64,000 bases of DNA from a virus, in the IMG/VR virus record IMGVR_UViG_3300038468_000190, positions 76,125 to 140,124 of that record; one strand, 5' to 3'. Both the position numbers and the translations under genes were made by a program. The notes below the pieces were generated by a model. That model did no database searches. It had not been told where the DNA came from and saw nothing but the letters and a program-made list of their open reading frames with translations. Positions 8,791-17,776 of the stretch are shown here, piece by piece (position 1 is the first letter of the stretch; the number at the start of each line of letters is the position of its first letter).

Positions 8791-9228
8791 TTGGATCTCG
8801 ACAAGAGCGCGTCGGCGCGAGCTGACTTCATTCAGGCGACGGAGGCTGGTGAGCTTCACAGCCTCTTTGCGCGGAAGATTCAGTCACTCGTCGACGAAAA
8901 CGAGGCGCGGCAGAAGGAGAGCCCTCCGCGCCCGCCGCTCGGGATTGCCGAGATAGAGGTCGCGTCGTTTCTTCACGGCTTCATGATGGTGCTCTTCGTG
9001 TCGACCGACGCCGCGCTCTGGCCGCCGGGCTCGCTCCGGCGGCTCGTCGGTCGGTTCTGGCTAGCGGCGGACGCCGAGAGCCTTTCGGACTATCAGGAGG
9101 CCGCCATCGCGTCGCTTCGTAACGGCTCGAGCCTCCGGCACGTGAAGATGAGCCTCGCCGGAGGCATGTCCGGACGTGTCATGGTGTTCGTGGGCGCCGA
9201 ACGCATAGTCGAGCGCACAGTCGAGTAA
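8791..9228 (+). CDS. Divergent member of the AGAGDG domain family
   Basis: 'FIQATEAGEL', 'RFWLAADAESL' and 'SLAGGMSGRVM' align loosely with the family. Confidence 0.45.
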   Translation: MDLDKSASARADFIQATEAGELHSLFARKIQSLVDENEARQKESPPRPPLGIAEIEVASFLHGFMMVLFVSTDAALWPPGSLRRLVGRFWLAADAESLSDYQEAAIASLRNGSSLRHVKMSLAGGMSGRVMVFVGAERIVERTVE

Positions 9229-9278
9229 AGGGAAAATATTTCGCACATCGCGCCCGGGCGCGAGGGAGAATAGGCCAC

Positions 9279-10175
9279 ATGACGACGTTCGGAACCATCG
9301 TACCCGATTTCGACGAGCCCGAAGAAGAACCCACGGTGCTGTTCATCGAGAGCGCGGATCCAGTCGATCTCGAGACCCGCGTGAACGCCGCGCTCGCGGC
9401 CATGGATCCCGAGGCTTCCGTCGTCACGAACATCACTCTCGCCGGAGCCGGCGACGGTCATACGTTCGTGGTGCTCATCGAAAGCATCTCGCCGGTCGGC
9501 ACGCCGAACGGCCTTGTCGCCGGCAGTTTTGGCGGAGTCGCCTCAAGTCTTGTCCGCTGCTACCTCGGCGGTAGCGACGAAGAGCTCGCAAAAGCGCGCC
9601 TACGTGCCGGGGTGCCACCGCCGATCGTTACGGGAGACCCGCCGCTCACAGTCCCCTACGTGCTCGTCGACGAGCAGGTCGCGGGCGGCGCCAAGGGCCA
9701 GCGCTTCATGGGGCTCGAGATCTATACGGTCGTCTCGATCCCGCAGGGTATCTTCCTCCGACCGCGCGTCCTCGGCGTCGGCACCACCAACCAGGCGCTC
9801 GGCGCCGGACAGACGATCCTTACGTTCGCGAGCATCGAGAACGAAGCGAAGTTCAGCCTCCTGTCGCCGCAAGAGATTAACTACACCGGAAACCAGGCCT
9901 TCATCGTGCTCGTCGAAGCCAGCGTCTCGGTGACCCAGAACGGCGCGGGCGATTTCACCGTGGCGATCGTGAAGGATCCCACCGGGACGCCGGAAGTGGT
10001 CGCGAGCATGACCAGTCACACGGGAGCCGGAGAAACCGACACCGTCGCCGTGTTCGGCTACTCGGATATCTTCCCGCCGCTGATCCAGGACACCAAGTTC
10101 GGGCTCATCGTGACATCGACGGCCGGCGTCTCCGCGGGAGCGCAGCTCCGGATTACCGCCGAGCTCGCGCCCTAG
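9279..10175 (+). CDS. AGAGDG-domain protein with C-terminal beta-rich (C1q/BclA-CTD-like) domain; putative fibre or spike
   Basis: '[12 protein letters not shown]', 'VRCYLGGSDEEL', 'QVAGGAKGQRFMG', then a beta-strand-rich C-terminus. Confidence 0.6.
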   Translation: MTTFGTIVPDFDEPEEEPTVLFIESADPVDLETRVNAALAAMDPEASVVTNITLAGAGDGHTFVVLIESISPVGTPNGLVAGSFGGVASSLVRCYLGGSDEELAKARLRAGVPPPIVTGDPPLTVPYVLVDEQVAGGAKGQRFMGLEIYTVVSIPQGIFLRPRVLGVGTTNQALGAGQTILTFASIENEAKFSLLSPQEINYTGNQAFIVLVEASVSVTQNGAGDFTVAIVKDPTGTPEVVASMTSHTGAGETDTVAVFGYSDIFPPLIQDTKFGLIVTSTAGVSAGAQLRITAELAP

Positions 10176-10408
10176 ACCGTTCGGGGCGGGCGGCTCAGTC
10201 CGTTTCGAAGCGGCGAGTGCCGGTTTTGCCAAAAGCCGCAGGGAGAGCTCTGCTCCGTCGACGTCCCCTCACTGGAGCCGTGGCAGTAGTAGATGTCGTA
10301 GGACGAGCCGTAGCAGTCGCCACTACAGTTCGGGCAGATCCAGAGGCGCCTCCCCCCGGCAACCGTGTAGTCCATCACGAAGGCGTCCCGGAAGGGAGCC
10401 TTGTTCAC
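10172..10408 (-). CDS. Small Cys-rich hypothetical protein
   Basis: GTGA-coupled; CPNC...CH...C. Confidence 0.45.
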   Translation of the reverse strand: MNKAPFRDAFVMDYTVAGGRRLWICPNCSGDCYGSSYDIYYCHGSSEGTSTEQSSPCGFWQNRHSPLRNGLSRPPRTV

Positions 10409-10578
10409 GGACGCTTCTCCTGGGCGTTCTCGATGAGCTCGCAGATCACGCTGTTCTTGCTCACGATCTTGCCGCCCGCGATGCGGCTCGAGACGAGCCT
10501 GAGGACCTTCTGGTGAAGGTGCGGGGGCATACGAAGGATCATCGCGTGGCGGTCCTTGGGCCTCGACTTTTTGGCCAT
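10405..10578 (-). CDS. Arc/ribbon-helix-helix DNA-binding protein (57 aa, not in ORF track)
   Basis: Translated by hand as MAKKSRPKDRHAMILRMPPHLHQKVLRLVSSRIAGGKIVSKNSVICELIENAQEKRP. 'LRMP..LH...S.N..I.ELIE' is an Arc-like pattern. Confidence 0.7.
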   Translation of the reverse strand: MAKKSRPKDRHAMILRMPPHLHQKVLRLVSSRIAGGKIVSKNSVICELIENAQEKRP

Positions 10579-10594
10579 CTGGGAGCGATTTACA

Positions 10595-10614
10595 TAGCAC
10601 TGATATCAGTGCTA
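10595..10614. promoter_or_regulatory. Perfect 20-bp palindromic operator upstream of the RHH gene
   Basis: TAGCACTGATATCAGTGCTA, 16 nt upstream of the ATG at 10578. Confidence 0.7.
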
Positions 10615-10629
10615 GCCAAGGGCCCTCTC

Positions 10630-10998
10630 TCAGCGCTTTTTCGCCGTCGGATCCTCGGGGCGAGGAAAGAGCGGATCCGTCGCCGGAGCCCGCGGAAAGG
10701 TCGCGCTCGATTTGCGGCGCAGGATGGGCTCGACGGGCGTGTCCTCGGTCGTCGTGGCGAGGGGCGGCGTCTGCACGCCCGTCAGGGCCTGGATGCGGAT
10801 ACGGGTCATCCGCATATCGAGCTCGATGTGCTGCAGGGCCTCGACGGCGTCCCGGAGCGCCTTCAAGTCGAGGCGCTCGAGGACCTCCAGGGCACGCAAG
10901 ATGTTGTTGCGGTCGATCTTCTGAAAAGTCTTTTCCATGCGATGCAGGGCATCGAGCGCGTCCTCGATCGATTGGACGAGGGCGGGATCCTTGTCCAT
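10630..10998 (-). CDS. Helical hypothetical protein
   Basis: 122-aa ORF with heptad repeats. Confidence 0.55.
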   Translation of the reverse strand: MDKDPALVQSIEDALDALHRMEKTFQKIDRNNILRALEVLERLDLKALRDAVEALQHIELDMRMTRIRIQALTGVQTPPLATTTEDTPVEPILRRKSSATFPRAPATDPLFPRPEDPTAKKR

Positions 10999-10999
10999 C

Positions 11000-11374
11000 C
11001 TAGATTTCGGGGCCTGGCCTCGGCGCCCCGCCCGGACTTCTGAGAAGCGACCACATCCAGATGGCCGCGCCTAACCCCACGAACGCGCTCAGCATGAGCT
11101 CGTTACCGAGAGCGCCGCGAAGCGCCCGGGTCGCGTAGTATCCCCCCACGAACGCGACCACGTCGCCCGTGTGGTTCTCGAGCGACTCGGGGCGCGTGTC
11201 GGGAAAGAGCGGCCGGACGAGCTTTTTGACGTCGTCCTCGACGAGCTCGAAGAGAACGTGCGAGCCGACCGCGACGGCGGGCGGGATCCGGGACGCCTCG
11301 AAGACCATGCCGAGCGCGGCGTGGCCGACCGAGTAGCGATCGAAGAAGCCGGGCATCTCGCCGTCTTTTGCCAT
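11000..11374 (-). CDS. Small membrane protein (DUF2585/VanZ-like motif set)
   Basis: 'DRYSVGHAALG', 'FELVED', 'ESLENHTGDV' and several hydrophobic segments. Confidence 0.55.
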   Translation of the reverse strand: MAKDGEMPGFFDRYSVGHAALGMVFEASRIPPAVAVGSHVLFELVEDDVKKLVRPLFPDTRPESLENHTGDVVAFVGGYYATRALRGALGNELMLSAFVGLGAAIWMWSLLRSPGGAPRPGPEI

Positions 11375-11952
11375 CAGCTGAGCCACCTCCAGACAGCGCC
11401 GCTCCAGCCCGCGTAGCCGGCGGCGTTCGGGTGAAGGCCGTCGGGACTTCTCGGGATGTCGAGCTCGGCCGATCTGAAATAGAACGGAACCCGGGACTCG
11501 ATGAGCTCGGAGACGCCGTGCTCCTCGAAGGGAAGGGTCGGCGGCCCGATCCACACGACCTCGGCGCCGCTCGCCCGAAGCTTCTCGAGGAGTTCGTCGA
11601 CGAAGGGCGCTTGTCTCTCGGCGGCGCCCCGGCCGAGCGCCTCGTCGTTCGTGCCGAGACTGACGAGGACGATGGTCGGGCGGAAGGATTCGAGCTCGCT
11701 CTCGAGCCAGTCGCTCCGAGCCCACTGGTCGATGCGGCTACCGGTGATGCCGCGGCCGGCATAGGCCTCGACGGCGCTCTCGCCGGCGAGCTCGCGCATG
11801 TGGGGGTCGAGCCCGACGGCCATGCTGTCGCCAACGAGCAAGACCCGGCTCTTTTCCGTGAGTTTGGGGCGACGCGTAGCGGCGGCGACGAGCCCCACCC
11901 CGAGCACGGTGAGGAGCCCGCCGAGGAGCCAACGTCTGTCCACGCTCGCCAT
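11374..11952 (-). CDS. SGNH/GDSL hydrolase with N-terminal TM anchor
   Basis: Blocks 'VLLVGDSM', 'LGTND', 'DGLHPN'. Confidence 0.9.
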   Translation of the reverse strand: MASVDRRWLLGGLLTVLGVGLVAAATRRPKLTEKSRVLLVGDSMAVGLDPHMRELAGESAVEAYAGRGITGSRIDQWARSDWLESELESFRPTIVLVSLGTNDEALGRGAAERQAPFVDELLEKLRASGAEVVWIGPPTLPFEEHGVSELIESRVPFYFRSAELDIPRSPDGLHPNAAGYAGWSGAVWRWLS

Positions 11953-12057
11953 GTTAGCATGGCCGCTCTCCGTGTAGAATCAGTGTAAAATGACGTGCTC
12001 TCGGCCCCCGGATGCTCGGGGCGCGAGGCGAGACCCGAGCGAAGAGACGGATCCCCC

Positions 12058-12276
12058 ATGGAACTCTTAGACGACATCCGCACACAGCTCAGCGAAACGA
12101 TTCGAGAGCTCACCGAAGATCTCGAAGAGCTCCGTAACGCCGTCGACATGGAAGAGGCGGTGACCGAAGATCTGGAAGAGCGCGTGAAGACGCACGGCGC
12201 AAGCCTCCTCGCCGCCACCGGCGCCTACCGCGCGCTCGAAGAAGCTTCGTCGGAGCTCGACGACGACGAGGACTGA
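12058..12276 (+). CDS. Small acidic coiled-coil protein
   Basis: Very Glu/Asp-rich 72 aa. Confidence 0.55.
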   Translation: MELLDDIRTQLSETIRELTEDLEELRNAVDMEEAVTEDLEERVKTHGASLLAATGAYRALEEASSELDDDED

Positions 12277-12921
12277 ATGCTGAATCCGTGCGGCGGCGCG
12301 CGCTGGGAGACCCTGCCGGGCGGTCTCATCGAGATCGAGGGACAAGGCACCCCGGCATTCGAGCCGGGGAGCGAGCGCTTCCGTCAGATGGAGCAATCGT
12401 GGCAGAACTGGCGCCCGCTCATCCTCTCGAACGCACGCGAGAACGGCATCCCCGCGCGCTGGATCCTCGCGACCATCTGTCAGGAGACGGGGCCATGGTC
12501 CGATGACCCGGACAAGCAAGCGGGCATCGTGTCGTTCGACGGGGGCGTCGGCGTCATGCAGATCACCGACAAGAGCCTCGGTAACCCCGCCGACATGCTG
12601 GACCCCGCCGTGAACATCGCCGTGGGCTCGGCCCTCCTCGGTAGGCTCGCGCGCCAGTACGACGGAGAACTCCCGGAAATCGCCGCGAGCTACAACGCCG
12701 GCCGCGTGCGCTGCGGCGCCTCCGGCAATCCCTGGGGCATGGTGATGACGGGCGACTACGTCGGCGGCGTCATCCGCTGGAACAACGCCGCGGTCCTCTA
12801 CATGAATCTCGAGCCGCCGCGCCTCATGCTCGGGCTCAGTCTCGGCGCCCTGGGGCTCGTTACGGCCGCCATGCTCGTCGGGCTCCTTCCGACCCCGAAG
12901 CCCCTCCGGAGGCTCCTTTGA
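12277..12921 (+). CDS. Lytic transglycosylase (SLT) with C-terminal TM anchor
   Basis: 'ILATICQET', 'GVGVMQI', 'DPAVNI..G', 'ASYNAG'. Confidence 0.9.
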   Translation: MLNPCGGARWETLPGGLIEIEGQGTPAFEPGSERFRQMEQSWQNWRPLILSNARENGIPARWILATICQETGPWSDDPDKQAGIVSFDGGVGVMQITDKSLGNPADMLDPAVNIAVGSALLGRLARQYDGELPEIAASYNAGRVRCGASGNPWGMVMTGDYVGGVIRWNNAAVLYMNLEPPRLMLGLSLGALGLVTAAMLVGLLPTPKPLRRLL

Positions 12922-13793
12922 GAAAGAAGGAGTGGGTCGAGACGCTCCTCGGTAAGCGCGAGGCCATCGAGAAAGCGATCGGATTTCCGCTCGGCGACAT
13001 GCTCGGCTGCGGCCACTGGGGCTGCGTCTTTCGGAGCACGGAGCCCTGGGTCGTGAAGCTCTCCATCGATCCGACGGAAGGGCCCATCTGGTCGAAGATC
13101 GTGGGCCTCGTGAGGGACGAAACGTGGGGCGACCGGGGCTTCGTAGAAGTCAAGAGCATCACGCGGCTCCTCCCCGACTTGAAGGTCGGAGGCCGGACGC
13201 GCAAAGTCTGGGTGATCGTGCGCGAGGCTGTCGAGCCCGTCTTTCGCGAGTACTCGCTCCGGGAGCTCGGCGAGAAGGGCCGGGGCACGATCATGAGGAC
13301 GAGCCGCTTCACAAGCGAGATCCTCGGGCTACCGGGCCCGATAGGCCAGTTCGATCGGTATGTCACCCAGGGGAGCCACGAGCAGAAGGACTTCGCGAGC
13401 GGACTCGTCGGGCTCTACAAGTACCGGGACCTCGCGACCATGTGGCACATGCTCGCCGAGCCCCGGCGGAGCCGCCTCTGGGGCGAGCGCATGGAGTTTC
13501 TGAAGCAGCGAACGCACAGGGAGGCGAAGCGTCCCGTCATCGCGGAGCGGATCGAGCAGGTCTTGAATTACTACTTTCACGGCCCCCACATGGCGCCGCT
13601 CGGCGAGTCGCTCTCGATGCTCGCCGTTCACGAGGTCTACCTCCGCGACGTCCACAACATGAACATCGGCTGGCACGTCGGCCGGAGCGACGACGACTGG
13701 ACGCGCGTCGTCGTCTTCGATCCGGGCCACACGCCGACCGGAGCCGAAGACATCGAAAGCGTCCTCCTCCAGAACCCAAGGGAGGCGCTCTAG
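12918..13793 (+). CDS. Protein kinase-like protein
   Basis: Gly-loop 'LGCGHWGCVF', 'WVVKLS', catalytic 'RDVHNMNIG', 'FDPG'. Confidence 0.75.
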   Translation: MRKKEWVETLLGKREAIEKAIGFPLGDMLGCGHWGCVFRSTEPWVVKLSIDPTEGPIWSKIVGLVRDETWGDRGFVEVKSITRLLPDLKVGGRTRKVWVIVREAVEPVFREYSLRELGEKGRGTIMRTSRFTSEILGLPGPIGQFDRYVTQGSHEQKDFASGLVGLYKYRDLATMWHMLAEPRRSRLWGERMEFLKQRTHREAKRPVIAERIEQVLNYYFHGPHMAPLGESLSMLAVHEVYLRDVHNMNIGWHVGRSDDDWTRVVVFDPGHTPTGAEDIESVLLQNPREAL

Positions 13794-14752
13794 TGGGAAA
13801 CTACGCGCTCGGCATCGTCGTCAATCCGAAACTCAAGGTACCCGTCCTGGTCCTCGCCGAGGGGGCCGACATCACGATCACGGCGATGGACGCTGAGGGG
13901 TACGAAGATCTCGGCTCGGGCTACTACGGCATGAGCGACTCGATTGCCCAGATGCTGGGCCTGCCGCGCTCGCACACGCCCCACGGCGTCACCGTCGAGG
14001 GTCAGGGCTACGGCACGTGCCTCTACACGGCGCTCTGCCTCGGCGCCCACCAGAACTTCGAGGCGCACGAGGGCCATCCGAATCGCTACCGCATCCAGAG
14101 CTACGGGCCCGACGGCGACGGCATTTGCTCGACGACCGACGATCGATCGAGCGAGGCCGACGAGTGGTGGCGGCGCGCCCGGAGGCTCGGGCTCGCGCGA
14201 GAAGTCGAGGAAGAGCAAGAAGAGGAGGACGTCGACGTCACGAGTAACTTCGACAGTCTCATCGAAGGCGAGAGCGTCGACGACGGCGTCGTCTCCCGCG
14301 TGAACACCATCAGCGTCGACGTCTCGAAGTCGGTCTCGGGCGACGTCTACCTCTGGGACAGCGCCTCGGGGCACCACCTCGTCGTCGCCGACTTCACGAT
14401 CCCGATGGCGTCCGGCGCCGAGGCGAGCGCGCTCTGGCAGCGCATCGGCGAGCCGAAGCTCGTGACGGAGGTGTCGCTCGAGCTCATCCTCGCGCTCGAT
14501 GTCCGGGGGCTCGACATCTCCGGAATAAACCTCCTCGGGCTTTTAGCGAGGGAGGCCGGGGCGAGCGACGAGGCCCTCCACGATTTCCGCTTCCGGTGGG
14601 AGGCGGGTCTCGATCCGTCGGCGCCCGTCACGCAGATGCAGCTCGCCTTCAAGAAGAACTCTTCGGAGGCGCGCCACGCGGCGCGCGCCGTCCGAGAGGC
14701 GGCCGAGTACAGGAGAGACGCCGGCTGGGAAGCGCTCGAGAGCTTGCCCTAA
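13793..14752 (+). CDS. GNAT-like acetyltransferase fold protein
   Basis: Acetyl-CoA-binding-like 'VEGQGYGTCLY' and 'RSSEADEWWRR'; GTG overlapping the upstream TAG. Confidence 0.5.
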   Translation: MGNYALGIVVNPKLKVPVLVLAEGADITITAMDAEGYEDLGSGYYGMSDSIAQMLGLPRSHTPHGVTVEGQGYGTCLYTALCLGAHQNFEAHEGHPNRYRIQSYGPDGDGICSTTDDRSSEADEWWRRARRLGLAREVEEEQEEEDVDVTSNFDSLIEGESVDDGVVSRVNTISVDVSKSVSGDVYLWDSASGHHLVVADFTIPMASGAEASALWQRIGEPKLVTEVSLELILALDVRGLDISGINLLGLLAREAGASDEALHDFRFRWEAGLDPSAPVTQMQLAFKKNSSEARHAARAVREAAEYRRDAGWEALESLP

Positions 14753-15156
14753 CGCTTCATGACGAGCGCGCCGAGGAGCGCGCCGACCGCGAACGCCACC
14801 CCCACGAAGGGCACCATGGACGGGCCTTTGCAGACCGGTAGGGCGTTGATCGCGTGATCCATCGCGGTCTGCGTGGCGTCCGGGACGCCCGGCGCGTAGG
14901 CCGCGTTGATGGCGTCACACTGGGCTTTCGGCATCGCGGTGTGGTCGGTATTCAGGCAGTCCATGAGCTCCTGCGAGAGACAGTCCGGAAGGGCCGCGGT
15001 GGCCGGTCCGAGCACACTGGCAGCGCCGAGTCCGTAGAGCACGACAGACAGGTTATCGCTTTTTGCTTGGCCGGGAAAGCATGAGATCTTCGAAGAACTC
15101 GTAGTCGAGCCATTCGTAGTAAAGAGAGCCGCAGAAGGGGCAGTGGCTCTTGGCAT
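14749..15156 (-). CDS. Cys-containing protein with C-terminal TM helix (start uncertain, probably ~15040)
   Basis: 'VPFVGVAFAVGALLGALVMKR' C-terminus. Confidence 0.45.
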   Translation of the reverse strand: MPRATAPSAALFTTNGSTTSSSKISCFPGQAKSDNLSVVLYGLGAASVLGPATAALPDCLSQELMDCLNTDHTAMPKAQCDAINAAYAPGVPDATQTAMDHAINALPVCKGPSMVPFVGVAFAVGALLGALVMKR

Positions 15157-15234
15157 GGGGCCCGGGCCGGAGCAGAAAGTGCCGGTCGCACTTTCCGCAT
15201 CGAAACCGGCCGAGCTCCCGGGCCGCGCCTGTCC

Positions 15235-15588
15235 TCAAATCCGAAAGAGGGTCGCGCCCTTGTGCCATCCGACGGGCTTTACTCCCTCCGAGGGGTCGTG
15301 GCAGTGCCACATGACGACGAGCCCGAGCATGGCCCCGTCGTCGTCGACGAAGGTGTCCGTCGCGCCCATGGGGAGCGACAGGGCCGCCCTCGCGCGCGCG
15401 GACGCCGTCCCGCTCACCGGCCCCGAGTAGAGCGTCCAGCCGCCTGGGACAGCCGGCTGGGGGCTCGGGGGCGGCGTCTTACAGATGGGCATCTCGTCCT
15501 CGATCGGCGCTCGGAGGAGATACGCGAGCGCCGCCGCGCCCGCCGCCGCGATCCCTCCGCCGAAAAATAGGAGCGCTCGCCTCTGCAT
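15235..15588 (-). CDS. Membrane-anchored hypothetical protein
   Basis: N-terminal 'MQRRALLFFGGGIAAAGAAALAYLL'. Confidence 0.6.
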   Translation of the reverse strand: MQRRALLFFGGGIAAAGAAALAYLLRAPIEDEMPICKTPPPSPQPAVPGGWTLYSGPVSGTASARARAALSLPMGATDTFVDDDGAMLGLVVMWHCHDPSEGVKPVGWHKGATLFRI

Positions 15589-16562
15589 CAGCGGAAATGC
15601 CTCCCCAGGTTTTCGAGGAGCTCCGTTTCCCTGATGGGCGGCTCGTAGGGCGTCGCCATCGCACCCGGGTCGAGAATGACCATGGAGAGCGGCCGCACGT
15701 CGCCCTCGATCTCCGCGTGGACGCGCCAGCCGACGTTCAAGAGGTGAAGGTCCTGAAAGACCAGGTCGCCGTACTGGACGGCGCTGAGCAAGGTCTGCCC
15801 AATGATGTCGCCGTAGCGGTTCACGTAGCCGTGGCCGCGCATCTTCTCGATGGCGGCGAGCATTTCCTGAAACGCCCTGTCGGCGATGTCCTCGACCTCT
15901 TCTTTCGAGAGGCCGTCGTACGCGCGGCGCATGAGCTTACCGCGCCAGGAATGGAAGATGAGCGCGTGCCGCCGGTAGTCCTGGAGCGACATCAGGACGA
16001 TGAAGAGCTCGCGCATCCGGACCTTCAGGTCTTGAGGAAACGTCGAGAGCGCGTCGCTCATCGCCGAGAGCGACGGTTCTTTCGGGTCGATGCCGGCCCG
16101 CTCGAGAATGGCCGGCGTCATACCGAGCCTGCGGAGCGTTTCCTCGGTCGCGAAGTCCGGGCGCCGGAGCACGGGCTCCGCCGCCTCGCGCACGATGCCA
16201 TAGACGGGCATCTCTTCGCTTCCGAAGATGACGTCCGGGTGGATCCGAACGACATCACGAACACGAAGGAACGCGTCGAGCTCTGCCGAGACCTCGGAAT
16301 CGCCGAGGAGCTCGGCCATGTAGGCCCAGATGGGGCCCTCGGTCCGGTCGCGGGTGAGCTTGACGACCCAGGGCGGCTCGGAGTCGAAGACGCAGCCCCA
16401 GAGCCCGCAGCCGAGGAGTTCTCCCATCGGGACAGCCATCGTCCGCCGAAACCGGTCGAGGTTTGCCTCGAGAAAGGAGGACCAGGCGCGCTTGGCCGCA
16501 AGCTCCTCGGTGAGCCCCTTGTCGAGCTCGATGGAGGTCATGGGCGCGCGGTTACGACGCAC
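15588..16562 (-). CDS. Protein kinase-like protein (paralog of 12918..13793)
   Basis: 'LLGCGLWGCVF', 'WVVKLTRDRTEGPIW', 'QDLHLLNVGW', 'ILDPG'. Confidence 0.75.
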   Translation of the reverse strand: MRRNRAPMTSIELDKGLTEELAAKRAWSSFLEANLDRFRRTMAVPMGELLGCGLWGCVFDSEPPWVVKLTRDRTEGPIWAYMAELLGDSEVSAELDAFLRVRDVVRIHPDVIFGSEEMPVYGIVREAAEPVLRRPDFATEETLRRLGMTPAILERAGIDPKEPSLSAMSDALSTFPQDLKVRMRELFIVLMSLQDYRRHALIFHSWRGKLMRRAYDGLSKEEVEDIADRAFQEMLAAIEKMRGHGYVNRYGDIIGQTLLSAVQYGDLVFQDLHLLNVGWRVHAEIEGDVRPLSMVILDPGAMATPYEPPIRETELLENLGRHFR

Positions 16563-16731
16563 CCGAAGGATTCTAAGTGAGGTCCCGGCCGGAATCGAGT
16601 GGGATCGGTTCGGGTCCCTGACGAGCTAGATCATCCATGGCGGTCGGCTGACGAAAACGCGCGAGCACCCGATTTCCTCTTCCTGACGAACGGCAATAAT
16701 CACTGGAAGCACGCCTGCTGCTGGTTGCGGC

Positions 16732-17776
16732 CTGACGAACGCCATCGGTCACCGTAGGCCTTCCACGCGATGAATCAGATCCTTGCCGAGTGGTCGCACC
16801 CTCTGACGAACGCCATCGGTCACCATAGGCCTTCCGAGCGAGAGCGTTGTGCAGGCGGCCGCGGTGATGCGAGCTGACGAACGCCATCCGTCACCCGGAG
16901 CCCTTGCGAGTAATATTGAGTGGCATGCCCGCGGGGACCTGAGTACTGACGAACGCCATCCGTCACCGTAGGCCTTCCGAGCTCGATGCGCCGGTTGCGC
17001 CTGTCGAGCCCGTGGGACTGACGAACGCCATCCGTCACCGTAGGCCTTATACGAGTCGCCCGAAAACATGGGCGCCGATGGGTGATCGAACTCTGACGAA
17101 CGCCATCGGTCACCGTAGGCCTTCCGATGGCGAACGACAGGCGTCCGCACCCCGGACCGAACTGCTGACGAACGCCATCGGTCACCGGAGCCCTTTGCGA
17201 GGTCGAGATCGAAATACGCTCGCCTCGTCCGAACTCTGACGAACGCCATCGGTCACCGGAGCCCTTGCGAGTCGCCACCGCCGTCGAGAACGGCGAGCTC
17301 CGGAGCACCTGACGAACGCCATCCGTCACCGTAGGCCTTCCGAGAAGCAGTGCGGCGTCTGGTACAGCCAGCGCGCAACCCTGACGAACGCCATCCGTCA
17401 CCGTAGGCCTTCCGAGCAGTAGCCGCGCCGGATGGATGGCGCTAACATTCGCACTGACGAACGCCATCCGTCACCGTAGGCCTTCCGAGTTTCCAACGGA
17501 GAGACTTGTACGGACAGAAAATGTCTGACGAACGCCATCCGTCACCGTAGGCCTTCCGAGTTCTCCGCCTGCGGGACTTCCGGCACGCGATCCATCTGAC
17601 GAACGCCATCCGTCACCGTAGGCCTTCCGAGCCGGAGGGCGGAGGGAATGATTCCGGAGAGACTCTCCTGACGAACGCCATCCGTCACCGTAGGCCTTCC
17701 GAGCTTTCTTTTTCGCCTCTTTAGACCTCTGCGCGTCTTCCTGACGAACGCCATCCGTCACCGTAGGCCTTCCGAG
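16732..17776 (-). CRISPR. CRISPR array: 15 repeats (36-bp consensus) and 14 unique 34-37-bp spacers
   Basis: Consensus on + is CTGACGAACGCCATCCGTCACCGTAGGCCTTCCGAG. Repeat starts are 16732, 16803, 16874, 16946, 17018, 17093, 17165, 17236, 17309, 17381, 17454, 17525, 17596, 17668, 17741. Degenerate stubs lie at ~16618, 16648 and 16683. On the minus strand the repeat ends in the hairpin UGACGGA-UGGCG-UUCGUCA. Confidence 0.97.

Noticed and set aside
17129-17235. Possible self-targeting spacers (12-nt matches CGAACGACAGGC near 26547 and GTCGAGATCGAA near 7265)
   Set aside because: The matches are short and at the repeat-distal end of the guide, so they are compatible with chance. The manual search was not exhaustive.
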